From the human T2T-CHM13v2.0 reference genome, Homo sapiens: DNA of 64,000 nucleotides. The notes beneath the pieces are model-generated. The model did not search any database, was not told where the DNA came from, and worked only from the letters and a program-made list of their open reading frames with translations. Made by a program: the position numbers and the translations under genes. Numbering within the stretch: the stretch's first letter is position 1; every line of letters starts with the position of its first letter. Below are positions 14,245-25,724 of this stretch, one piece after another. The stretch is taken from NCBI RefSeq assembly GCF_009914755.1, contig NC_060931.1, one strand, 5' to 3'.

Positions 14245-15432
14245 TCATAGACAAATATCTAAATGTTTTCAGAAGAGTTTTAGGTTTAAATAATTATTGT
14301 GAAGATAGTACATAGAGTTCCTGTACACCCCACACCAACTATCCTCTATTGTTACAATCTCACATTAGTTTGGTACATTTAGTAAAGTAAACAAACCAAT
14401 ATTGATACATTATTAACTAAAATATATAATTTATTCCAATTTCTTTAGCTTTTACTCGACATCCTTTTTTTTGCTATTCTAAGATCCTATCTAGAACAAT
14501 ACATTATATTTTTCATCATGTTTCCTACACACCTCTTGACTGTGACAATTTTCTCAGATTTTCTTTGTTTTTAAGGATCTTGACTGTTTTGAAAAATATT
14601 GGTATAGTAATTTTCAGAATGTACTTCACTGAGGTTTTTCTGCTGGTCTTTTATGACCATATGGGTATAATGTGTTTTTGAGAGGAGGGCCACAGAGGTG
14701 AAATGCCATTTTCATCCCATTATATCAAGGATATATGCTATCAATATGATTTATTACTCTGGTTGCTAACCTTGATCATCTGACTTGATATAGTGTTTGT
14801 CAGATTTGCCCACTGTAAAGTTTTTCTTTTTGCTTCCTTTCTATTCTGTACTGTTTGGGAATAAAGTCCACACTTAAGGAGTGGGGAGTTATGCCCCACT
14901 TCCTTAAGGACAAAGTATCTATGTTAATAATTTGTGATTCTTATGCATGGGAGATTGGTGATTGGTTTATTCTCCCCTATTTATTTATTGATTCATTTAT
15001 GTATCTCAAAATGGACTATTTATTATATACTTTAGGTTATAAGCCCCACTATTTCATTTGCTTTTGCTCATTTTTTTTTCATCTTTGGCCATTTGGAGTC
15101 CTTTCATTCGGCCTAAAATGCTCCAGGCTCATATTCTGTATTTCCTGCCCCAGTCCTAGTATCAGCCATTTTTCCCAGGAGCTCTGGCTCTTTTAATCAG
15201 AAAAGGTCTTAGAAACCAAGATCTTGTGCTAAGTATATGCATTGCTACTGATGTGTCATTGTTTCTAGATCTGTTCACACAGACAGTAATGGAGATATAC
15301 ACATATATACTAATATAAGTATATTCATATATATGTAAAATATGTACATATTTCTACATGTAGCCATCTATATTATACTGTAAGTTGCTGAACATGACTT
15401 CATACTGATGTCTTCTATGTTAACTTAACTCG
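14245..15432 (-). mobile_element. L1MC-type (L1MC3-like) 3'UTR; host of the HERV9 provirus
   Basis: gaagatagtacatagagttcc, aaccaatattgatacattattaactaaa, ctgtgacaattttctcagatt. Sequence resumes after the provirus (catggattattttagccttc, about 21379-21408). Confidence 0.8.
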
Positions 15433-15436
15433 TTAT

Positions 15437-16122
15437 TGAGAGGTGAAGCCAGCTGGGCTTCTGGGTTGGGTGGGGACTTGGAGAATTTTGTGTCTAGCTA
15501 AAGAATTGTAAATCACCAATCAGCATTCTGTGTCTAGCTAAAGGATTGTAAATGCACCAATCAGCACTCTGTAAAAACACACCAATCAGCACTCTGTAAA
15601 ATGGACCAATCATCACTCTGTAAAATGGACCAATCAGCAGGATGTGGGCAGGGCCAAATACGGGAATAAAAGCTGGCCACCTGAGCCAGCAGCAGCAACC
15701 CACTCGGGTCCCCTTCCACACTGTAGAAGCTTTGTTCTTTCGCTCTTCACAATAAATCTTGATGCTGATCATTCTTTGGGTCCACACGACCTTTATGAGC
15801 TGTAACACTCACCGCGAGGGTCTGCGCCTTCATTCCTGAAGTCAGCAAGACCATGAACCCACCAGAAGGAACAAACAACTCTGGACCCACCACCTTTAAG
15901 AGCTGTAACACTCACTGTGAAGGTCTGTGGCTTCACTCCTGAAGTCAGTGAGATCACGAACCCAGCAGAAGGAAGAAACTCCAGACATATCTGAACATAT
16001 GAAGGAACAAACTCTGGACACACCATCTTTAAGAGCTGTAACACTCACCGCGGAGGTCTGCGGCTTCATTCTTGAAGTCAGTGAGACCAAGAACCCACCG
16101 GAAGGAATAAATTCCAGGCACA
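15437..16122 (+). mobile_element. 5' LTR (LTR12 family), 686 bp
   Basis: Starts tgagaggtgaagccagctgg; tandem accaatcagcactctg units; three gagctgtaacactcac...gaagtcag...gaaggaa repeats; ends attccaggcaca. Confidence 0.95.
15490..15675 (+). promoter_or_regulatory. LTR12 U3 promoter/enhancer: five CCAAT boxes, GC-rich box, TATA-like AATAAAA
   Basis: Five CCAATC motifs in tandem units, gtgggcagggcc, and aataaaa at 15665-15671. LTR12 CCAAT repeats are known NF-Y sites. Activity at this locus is not shown. Confidence 0.6.
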
Positions 16123-16125
16123 TTT

Positions 16126-16143
16126 TGGTGACCACAAAGGGAC
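16126..16143 (+). other. Primer-binding site (tRNA-Arg type)
   Basis: tggtgaccacaaagggac starts 3 nt after the 5' LTR. HERV9 uses an Arg PBS. A likely splice donor gca|gtgagt follows at 16163. Confidence 0.85.
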
Positions 16144-17375
16144 TTTCGCCTATTGCCAAGCAGTGAGTATCATCAGACCCCTTTTGCTTGCTATTCTGTC
16201 CTATTTTTCCTTAGAATTTGGGGGCTAAGTACTGGGCACCTGTCGGTGAGTTAAAAGTGACTAGCATGGCTGCCAGACTAAAGACATGGGTGTCAGGATT
16301 TCTGGGAAAGGGCTCTCTAACAATCCCTGACTCTTTGGAGTTGGGAGCGTTGGTTTGCCTAGAACCAGCTTCTGCTTTTCCTGTACTTCTGGGCTGAGCC
16401 AAGAGTCGACAAGAGAGGAAAGCCATTCAGATCCGGGGTCCTGACAACAAGTTGGTTAGCCCTGCGGCCATGAGTGGAACTCTCAAAGTCTTGTCGCCCA
16501 AGTGAGACTCACCCATCTATCCTATCTATCCTGACCCTTGCCTCCTGGGTCCTAATGCCTGTCAGACAAACTTCCTCTCGCCTCTCTTCTCCAAGGCTAG
16601 TCCCGCTTCTAAAAACCACTGTCTCTGGTGCTTTTCTTGTTTCTCCTATAAGAATGATTTCTGGTACAAACTCCAGGACTCTATTCCCTTCTTTAGGCAC
16701 CTGGGCTTCCCAGTCAGAAAGACATAATTTTTGCCCAAAGTCCCGTCATAGGGGGGACTATCTGGAATTTTAGGATCCCTCCTCAAACAAGCTGGCCTAA
16801 CAAAAGCTATTCCTGAAGCTAGGATATGGGGAGCTTCAGAAATGATATCCTTCCTATTCAAGTGAGGACAAAAGGCATCACTCTTCTAACCCTGTAGATC
16901 CCTTCCCTCCCTCAGGGTATGGCCTTGCACTTCATTTTTGGGGCATAACATCTTTATAGGACAGGGGTAAAGTCCCAATACTAACAGGAGAATGCTTAGG
17001 ATTCTTAACAGGTTTTTGAGAATGCATTCGTAAGGGCCACTAAATCCAATTTTTCTCAGTCCTCTTTGTGGTCTAGGAGGACAGGCAAGGGTGCAGGTTT
17101 TCAAGAATGTGTTGGTAAGGGCCACTAAATCCAACATTCCTCGGTCCTCCTTGTGCTTTGGGAGGAAAACTAGTGTTTCTGCTGCTGTGTCAGTGAGCGC
17201 AACTATTCCAATCAGGAGGGTGCAGGGACTGTTGCAGGTTTTTGGGCAAGAGATGTTTCTGCTGCTGTGTCAGTGAGCACAACTATTCCAATCAGCAGGT
17301 TCCAGGGACTGTTGTGGGTTCTTGGGCAGGGGGAGAAACAAACAAACCAAAACCATGGGCGGTTTTGTCTTTCAG

Positions 17376-18834
17376 ATGGGAAACACTCAGGTACCAACAG
17401 GCTCACCCTTGAAATGCATGGTAAGCCATTGGGACCAATTTGACCCACAAACCCTGAAAAAGAGGTGGCTCTTTTTTTTTTTTCTCACTATGGCCCAGCC
17501 CCAGTATTCTCTCTCTGATGGGAAGAAATGGCCACCTGAAGGAAGTATAAATTACAGTACTATCCTGCAGCTTGACCTTTTCTGTAAGAGGGAAGGCAAA
17601 TGGAGTGAAATACCTTATGTCCAAGCTTTATTTTCATTGTAAGGAAAATCCACAACTATGCAAAGCTTGCAATTTACATCCCACAAGATGACCTCTCAGC
17701 TTACCCCCATATCCTAGCCTCCCTATAGCTCCCCTTCCTATTACTGATAAGCCTCCTCTAATCTCCCCCACCCAGAAGGAAACAAGCAAAGAAATCTCCA
17801 AAGGACCACAAAAATCCCCAGGCTATTGCTTATGTCCCCTTCAAGCTGTAGAGGGAGGGGAATTTGGCTAACCCAGGTGTATGTCCCCTTCTCCTTCTCT
17901 GATTTAAAGCAGATCAAGGAAGACCTGGGGAAGTCTTCAGATGTTCCTGATAGGTACATAGATGTCCTATGGATCTAGGGCAAACCTTTGACCTCACTTG
18001 GAGAGATGTCATGCTATTAGATCAAACCCTGGCCTTTAATGAAAAGAATGCAGCTTTAGCTGCAGCCTGAGAATTTGGAGATACTTGGTATCTTAGTCAA
18101 GTAAATGATAGAATGACAGCCAAAGAAAGGGACAAATTCCCTACCAGTCAGCAGGCCATCCCCAGTATGGATCCCCACTGGTGTCTAGACTCAGATCATG
18201 GGGACTGGAGTCATAAACATCTGCTGACCTGTGTTCTAGAAGGACTAAGGAGAATTGGGAAAAAGTCCACGAGTTGTTCAATGATGTCTTTTATAACTCA
18301 GGGAAAGGAAGAAAATCCTTCTGCCTTCCTAGAGCGGCTATGGGAGGCCTCAAGGAAATATACTCCCCTGTCACCCAACTCTCTTGAGAGTCAATTGATC
18401 CTAAAAGATAAGTTTATTACCCAATCAGCTGCAGATATCAGGAGAAAGCTCCAAAATGAGCCCTGTGCCCTGAACAAAATCTGGAGCCATTGTTAAACCT
18501 GGCAACCTCAGTGTTCTATAATAGGTACCAAGAGGAACAGGCCAAAAAGGAAAAGCAAGATCAGAGAAAGGCCACAGCCTTAGTCATGACCCTCAGACAG
18601 ACAAACCTTGGTGGTTCAGAGAGGACAGAAAATAGAGCAGGCCAATCACCTGGTAGGGCTTGTTACCAGTGTGGTTTGGAAGGACACCTTAAAAAAGATT
18701 GTCCAGTGAGAAACAAGCTGCCCCCTTGCCCATGTCCACAATGCTGAGGCAATCACTGGAAGGTGCACTGCCTCAGAGGACAAAGGTTCTTTGGGCCAGA
18801 AGCCCCCGACCAGATGATCCAACAACAGGACTGA
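17376..18834 (+). pseudogene. gag: HERV9 gag, disrupted by stops and frameshifts
   Basis: MGNTQ...WDQFDPQTLKK (MA); ITQGKEENPSAFLERL (major homology region); zinc knuckle CYQCGLEGHLKKDC and a second knuckle CPQC*GNHWKVHC broken by a stop; terminal TGA at 18832-18834. Confidence 0.92.
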
Positions 18835-19250
18835 GGGTGCCTGGGGCAAGCATCAGCTCATGTCATCACCCTCACGGAGCCCCGGGTAGGTTTAACCATT
18901 GAAGGCCAGGAAATTGACTTCCTCCTGGACAGTGGTATGGCTTTCTCAATGTTAATCTCCTGTCCCGACAGCTGTCCTCAAGGTCTATTACCATCCAAGG
19001 AATTCTGGGACGGGCTGTAACCAGGTATTTCTCCCACCTCCTCAGTTGTAATTGGGAGACTTTGCTACAGATAGTAAGTATGCTTATCTAATCCCACATG
19101 CCCATGCTGCAATATGGAAAGAAAGGGAGTTCCTAACCTCTGGGGGAACCTCCATTAAATATCACAAGGAAACCATGGAGTTATTGCATGCAGTGCAAAA
19201 ACCCAAGGAGATGGCAGTCTTACACTGCTGAAGCCATCAAAAGGGGAATG
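18835..19250 (+). pseudogene. pol: HERV9 protease joined directly to an RNase H remnant (RT missing)
   Basis: ITLTEPRVGLTIEGQEIDFLLDSG (active-site triad at 18928-18936), then from about 19067 TDSKYAYLIPHAHAAIWKEREFLTSGG (RNase H). Confidence 0.88.
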
Positions 19251-19294
19251 AGAGGGGAGAACAGCAGCATAAGCAGCTGGCAGAGGCAGCAGAA

Positions 19295-19530
19295 AGGAAA
19301 GCGAGAAAGAGACAGAAAGTCAGAGAAAGAGAGAGAGAGGAAGAAACAGAGAGACAAAGAGAAGAAGACAGAAAGAGGAAGAGACAGAGACAAAGAGTCA
19401 GAGAGAGACAGAGGAAGAGACAGAGAGACAAAAAGTCAAAAAAGGAAAGAGAGGAAGAAACAAAGAGGGAGCCAGAGATAGAGAGAAAGAGAGAGAGATG
19501 AAGTCAAAAAGAAAGAAAGATGGAAGTAGT
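19295..19530. repeat. GA-rich low-complexity tract inside the provirus
   Basis: Near-pure purine strand of agagag/gacagaga units. Confidence 0.9.
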
Positions 19531-20119
19531 AAAGATAAAACAGTGTACCCTATTCCTTTAAAAGTCAGGGTAAATTTAAAACTTATAATTGATAATTGAA
19601 GGTCTTCTCCATAACCCTATAACACTCCAATACCACCTTGTTGTCAGTGTGAACAAGGGCATAGCCTGAAAGAACTGAGGCCACAGAAAACCCATAGCCT
19701 TCCTGTCAAAAATCCTTAACCCAGCAGGTTTCCTAACAGGGTATCTAAATCTTAATTAATTACCATACAAGTGTCCTACCAGATGTAGGAAGAACTCCCT
19801 TCAGGACAGGACAATAGATGGTTCCTCCCAGGTGATTAAGGAAAAAAGACACAGTATTCAGTAAGTGATAAGGAAACTCTTGTAGAAGCAGAGTTAGAAA
19901 AATTGCCTAATAATTGGTCTGCTCAAATGTGTGAGTTGTTTGCACTCAGCCAAATCTTAAAGTACTTACAGAATCAGGAAGCAGCCATCTATACCAATTC
20001 TAAGTTAATATGGACTAAACGAGGTTTTATTAGTAGCAAAGAAAAATTAAAATCCCAAACTTACAAGGTTTTCAACTAAAGTTTGCCAAAAGTTAACAGT
20101 GTAACATGTATTATCCTAC

Positions 20120-20700
20120 TATCACACACTCTCAAAGGATTTCTCAGACAGTTTGCAAGAAATAACGTAATCTATCCTTACTCTACAGTCCCAAATAGAC
20201 TCTTTGGTAGCAGTGACTCTCCAAAACTGCCGAGGTCTAGACCTCCTCAATGCTGAGAAAGGAGAACTCTGCACCTTCTTAGGGGAAGAGTGCTGTTTTT
20301 ACACTAACCAGTCAGGGATAGTATGAGATACTGCCTGACGTTTACAGGAAAAGGCTTCTGAAATCAGACAACGCCTTTCAAGCTCTTATACCAACCTCTG
20401 GAGTTGGGCAACATGGCTTCTCCCCTTGCTAGGTCCTGTGGCAGCCATCTTGCTATTACTTGCCTTCGGGCCCTGTATTTTTAACCTCCTTGTCAAATTT
20501 GTTTCCTCTAGGATCAAGGCCATCAAGCTACAGATGGTCTTACAAATGGAACCCCAAATGAGCTCAACTAACAACTTCTACTGAGGACACCTGGACTGAC
20601 CCACTGGCCCTTTCACTGGCCTAAAGAGTTCCCTTCTGGAGGACACTACAACTGCAGGGCCCCGTCTTCACCCCTATCCAGCAGGAAGTAGCTAGATCAG
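20120..20700 (+). pseudogene. env: HERV9 env remnant (TM subunit only, several stops)
   Basis: From 20219: [17 protein letters not shown] (immunosuppressive domain), CTFLGEECC (CX6CC), then WLLPLLGPVAAILLLLAFGPCIFNLLVKFVSSRI (membrane anchor). In-frame TGA stops. Confidence 0.92.
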
Positions 20701-20740
20701 TCATTGCCCAATTCCCAACAGCAGTTGGGGTGTCCTGTTT

Positions 20741-20750
20741 AGAGGGGGGA
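20741..20750 (+). other. Polypurine tract
   Basis: agagggggga immediately upstream of the 3' LTR. Confidence 0.85.
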
Positions 20751-20751
20751 T

Positions 20752-21374
20752 TGAGAGGTGAAGCCAGCTGAGCTTCTGGGTTGGGTGGGGACTTGGAGAA
20801 CTTTTGTGTCTAGCTAAAGGATTGTAAATGCACCAATCATCACTCTGTAAAAATGCACCAATCAGCACTCTGTAAAATGGACCAATCAGTAGGACGTGGG
20901 CAGGGCCAAATAAGACAATAAAAGCTGTCCACCTGAGCCAGCAGCAGCAACCTGCTCAGGTCCCCTTCCATGCTGTGGAAGCTTTGTTCTTTTGCTCTTC
21001 ACAATAAATCTTGATGCTGATCACTCTTTGGGTCTGCACTACCTTTATGAGCTGTAACACTCACCACGAGGGTCTGTGGCTTCATTCCTGAAGTCAGTGA
21101 GACCACGAATCCACCAGGAGGAACAAAAAACTCCAGACACACCACCTTTAAGAGCTGTAACACTCACTGTGAAGGTCTGCGGCTTCACTCCTGAAGTCAG
21201 CGAGACCACGAACCCACCGGAAGGAAGAAACTCCAGACACATCTGAACATCTGAAGGAACAAACCCTGGACACACCATCTTTAAGAGCTGTAACACTCAC
21301 TGCGAGGGTCTGTAGCTTCATTCTTGAAGTCAGTGAGACCAAGAACCCACCAGAAGGAATAAATTCTGGACACA
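20752..21374 (+). mobile_element. 3' LTR (LTR12 family), 623 bp
   Basis: Homologous to the 5' LTR; three CCAAT boxes; AATAAA at 21003-21008; ends ggacaca followed by TSD TTAT. Confidence 0.95.
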
Positions 21375-21408
21375 TTATCACATGGATTATTTTAGCCTTC
21401 TTCACCAT

Positions 21409-21938
<530 letters not shown>

Positions 21939-22395
21939 TAACAGCTTTATTAACATCACCTCAAACTATAAGCTCATATAAACATTTGAATGTACGAAAT
22001 TATTTTTTAAATTGATTGGGTAAATACCTAGGAGCACAATTGCTGGATTATAAATAAAGATTATATTTAGTTGTTTAAGAAACTAACAGACTGTTTCCCT
22101 AAGTGGGTGTATCATTTTTCATTCCTACCAACTACAAATATTCATTCCTGTTACTCCATATACTCACTAGCAGTTGATATTGTCAGTTTTTAAAATCTCT
22201 GTCATTCTGATGCATGTGAAGTTATATATCATTATTGTTTTAATTTATAGTTTGCTAATGGCAAATACTTTTGAACATATTTTATATGCTTATTTGTTAT
22301 CTGTATATTTTCTTTGGAGAGGTTTAGTTTCTGGTATTATGCCCATTTAAAAATTGTGTTTCTGTTTTCTTTTTGGTGAATTCTAAGAGTTCTTG

Positions 22396-22549
22396 GGCTT
22401 GGTGTAATGGCACATGCCTGTAATCCCATATACCTGGGTGGCAGGAGCAGAAGGATCACTTGAGCCCAGGAGTTTGAGGCCAGCCTGGGCAATGTAGCAG
22501 GACCTCATCTTAAAAACAAAAACAATAAAATGAATAAATAAACAAAAAC
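22396..22549 (+). mobile_element. Alu monomer (FLAM-like)
   Basis: Single arm (gcctgtaatccc...ggatcacttgagcccaggagtttgaggccagcctgggc) with A-rich tail. TSD gagttcttg at 22387-22395 and 22550-22558. Confidence 0.88.
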
Positions 22550-22977
22550 GAGTTCTTGGTGTATTTTGGTTACAACTCCATATCAGTTATGTGTTTAACA
22601 AATACATTTTTCCAGTCTGTGGGTTGTCTTTTCATTCACTAATACTTTTTGACAACGCAGAATTTTTAATTTTAATAAAGTCTATTTTGTTTATTTCCAT
22701 GGAGTAATGTCTTATTTTAAAACTCATCACCAAACCCAAGGTCAGTAGATTTTCCTTTATGTCTTCCTCAATAAGTTTTATAGTTTTGCGCTTTACATTT
22801 AGGTCTATTTTTCATGTTGAGTTAACTGTTAGGTAAAATGGCTGGATCAAGGTTCTTTTTTTCTTTCATATGGGCATCCAGTTGTTCTAGCACCATTTGC
22901 TGGAAAGACACATATTGGATTTGCTTTAATCTGATATCAAATATCAGTTGATTGTGTACCTATGAGTCTATATCTGG

Positions 22978-23320
22978 TGTCTTCGTCCATTTGGGGTGCT
23001 ATAGCAAAGTACCACAGACTGGGTAGTTTATAAACAATAGGAATGTATTATTTACAACTCAGCAGGCTGAGAATTTAAAGATCAAGGTGCCAGCAGATTT
23101 GGTGTCCAGTGAGCGCCCACTTTCTAACTCATATATGGTGCCTTCTTGTTGTCACTTTACATGGTGGAAGGAGCAAACAAGTTCCCTCAGGCCTCTTTTA
23201 TGGGGACACTAATCCAGTGATCTGATTACCTCCCAAAACTCTACCTCTTAATAGCATCACAGTGTGGGGTAGGATTTCAAAATACAAATTTTGCAGTGAC
23301 ACAACCATTTGAAAACACAG
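22978..23320 (-). mobile_element. MLT1A-family solo LTR
   Basis: tgtcttcgtccatttggggtgctatagcaaagtaccacagactggg...aagatcaaggtgccagcagatttgg...taggatttcaa. Confidence 0.85.
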
Positions 23321-24190
23321 AATCTTGGTTCTTTATTCTGTTTCATTGATGGATGTGACTATTTTTTCACCAGGAGCACACCATCTTAAATAATGTAGCA
23401 TTACAGTCAGACTTGAAATCAGGTAAAGGGAGTTCTCCAACTTCCTTTTTCTTCTTCCATGTTATATTAGCTCTTCTAGGAACTTTTCCTTTCCATATAA
23501 AGATTATTATTAATTTGTCAATATCTACAAAATAGATTGCTCAGGTTTTGTCTGGGATTACATTTAATCTATAGATCAAGTTGGAAAAATTTGGCATTAT
23601 AACGATATTGAGTCTTCTAAACCCCAAACACAGAATATTTTTCCATTTCTTAAAATCATTCATTTTTATCACTGTTTTGCACTTTTGTTTATGAGTCCTG
23701 TGCATCTTTTGTTGGATTTATGCATATTTCAACTTTTGTGTGCTATTTTAACTATTACTTTTTAAAATAAATACATTTTATATTCCAATTGTTGATTGCT
23801 GATATATTGGAAAGCAATTGACTTTTGTATATTAACCATGTATGGCACAATCTTGTTATTCCCATTTACTAGTTACAGGACTTTTTTGACAATTATTTGA
23901 TATTTTCTACATAGAAAATCATGCCATCTGTTAATAATGACAGTTTTATTTCTTCCTGTCTAATCTGTGTAATTTTATTTATTTTTATTGTCTTATTGTA
24001 CTAGCTAAAACTTCCCATTTATTCCCTTTCTACTCAAGGACATTGAGTAGGACTGGTGAAAGGAGGCATATTTGTCTTGTTCGCAGACTTAGATAACCAA
24101 CATCCAGTTTCTCACCATTAAGTAGGGTATTCACAATAGGTAGTTACCGAATTACTGTATCAAATTAAGGAAATTAATTTTCTAGTGTTG

Positions 24191-25724
24191 AGATGGCTTC
24201 AGTGGTCACAGCCTTGTGGAAAATAAGTCAGTTGCCATACAATCCCTGGAATGGCCTCTGAAGAAGGACAGGCATAAAGTCAACAGTGGAGGCTAAAATA
24301 AATACCTAATCCCTTAATGCACAGATATAGACTTCCACAGGCACCAAGAATATTCAGGGAAATATGACCTTACAAAATAAAAAAAATAAGGTGTCAGAAT
24401 GACTGTAAAGTGATGGAGATTTATGATCTCTCAGGCAAATAATTAAAGGTATCTGTTTTATGGAAGCTCGATGACTGTCAATGAAAGACAGAGAATCAAT
24501 CCAGAAATCAAATAAAAAATTTAAAGCTATCTAGGGACTAAAAGGTTAAGTCACCAATCAGATTCAACTCAAATAAAAACACCCCAGGACGTATTATAAT
24601 CAAACTCTGAAAGGCCAAAGACAAAGAGAGGGTCATGACAACAGAAAAAGCAAATAATATATAAATGAGATCAAATATTTCTTGTAGCATACATCTTAGC
24701 AGAAATTATGCAGGCCAGGAGGGAGAGGAACAATATATTCAGAATGCTGAATTTAAAAAAATGAAGCCAAACAGTAGTAATTTAACCAACAAAGTAAATC
24801 ATCAGAAATGAAGGAAAGGTAAAGATTTTCCTAGACAAAAAACAAAGTTGAGGGAATTTATTCCTATGAGACCAGTTTTACAAGGAATGCTAAAGGGAGT
24901 TCTTTAAAACAAAAATAAAAAATGTTAAAGTGATTGTGTGGTTGCTATACTAATATTGTAATCATAGTGTTTAAACCACTTCTATGTTTAGTAAGAAGTC
25001 TAAAAAATACCATTAAAATAATAACTACAACAAATACTTAGGAGATAGGTAATGTAAAAATGTAAATCATAGCATCAAAAATTCAAAATGTGGGAGGAGG
25101 AGGGAAATAATAGGTGCAGTTTTTTTTTGGTTTGGTTTGGTTATTTCTTTTATTTCTTGTCATAAAAAAGTTGGTATCAGTTTTAAATATTTGCTATAAC
25201 TACAGTATGTTTTTCTCTAAGCCTCATGGTAACCACAAAGCAAAAATCAATCATAGATGTACTGGAAAAGCAACAAATTTATACCAGAGAAAATAACCAC
25301 AAAAAAAGACAGTAAGAAAAGAAGAGAGGAGTTAAGAAAAACAACTAGTAAAAAAAGTAATAAAATGGTAGTAGTAAGGCCTTACCTATCAGTAATAATA
25401 TAAATGTAAATGGACTAAATTATCCAACAAAAAGACATAGAATGCATGAATGGATAAGAAAACAAGATATAAAAATATGCTGCATAGACGAAACTCACTT
25501 CATTTTTAAAAATATACATAGTCAAAGTGAAGGAATGAAAGAAGATATTTTATGCAAATAGAAACTAAAAGAGATCAAGAGTAGCTATAATTGCATCAGA
25601 TAAGATAGATTTTTGGTCAAAAAATATAAAAAGAGACAAGGTAATTATATGATAAATGAGTCAATTCAGCAATGGGGTATAACAACAGTAAATTATATAT
25701 ATAAAGCAAATAATAATAAGTCTA
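24191..25724 (+). mobile_element. L1MA-type element, upstream part (end of 5'UTR, ORF1, start of ORF2 endonuclease)
   Basis: ORF1 motifs (ttatgcaggccaggagggag, gaccagttttacaaggaatgctaaaggg) and ORF2 start taaatgtaaatggactaaat. Confidence 0.85.

Larger units (their letters stand above)
15437..21374 (+). mobile_element. HERV9 (ERV1 class) provirus with two LTR12-family LTRs, internally deleted
   Basis: Two homologous TG...CA LTRs, 4-bp TSD TTAT (15433-15436, 21375-21378), PBS, gag, protease, RNase H remnant, env TM remnant and PPT in the correct order. Confidence 0.95.
22015..24190 (-). mobile_element. L1M (L1MC-like) ORF2 fragment, probably continuing 14245-15432; interrupted by an Alu monomer and MLT1A
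   Basis: ttgggtaaatacctaggag...ttgctggat, ccagttgttctagcaccatttg, tttaatctatagatcaagttgg, tccagtttctcaccattaagta. Confidence 0.82.

Noticed and set aside
15797-16122. Regularly spaced repeats resembling a CRISPR-like array
   Set aside because: These are the three tandem units normal for LTR12, with no unique spacers, in primate DNA.
15494-16166. Similar minus-strand ORFs here and at 21045-21408, suggesting a duplicated gene
   Set aside because: They are translations of the two LTR12 copies and their internal tandem repeats.
19188-19481. Arg/Glu/Lys-rich ORF
   Set aside because: Translation of the GA-rich low-complexity tract.
20120-20700. Syncytin-like captured env gene
   Set aside because: Only the TM part survives, with several in-frame stops; no signal peptide or SU.
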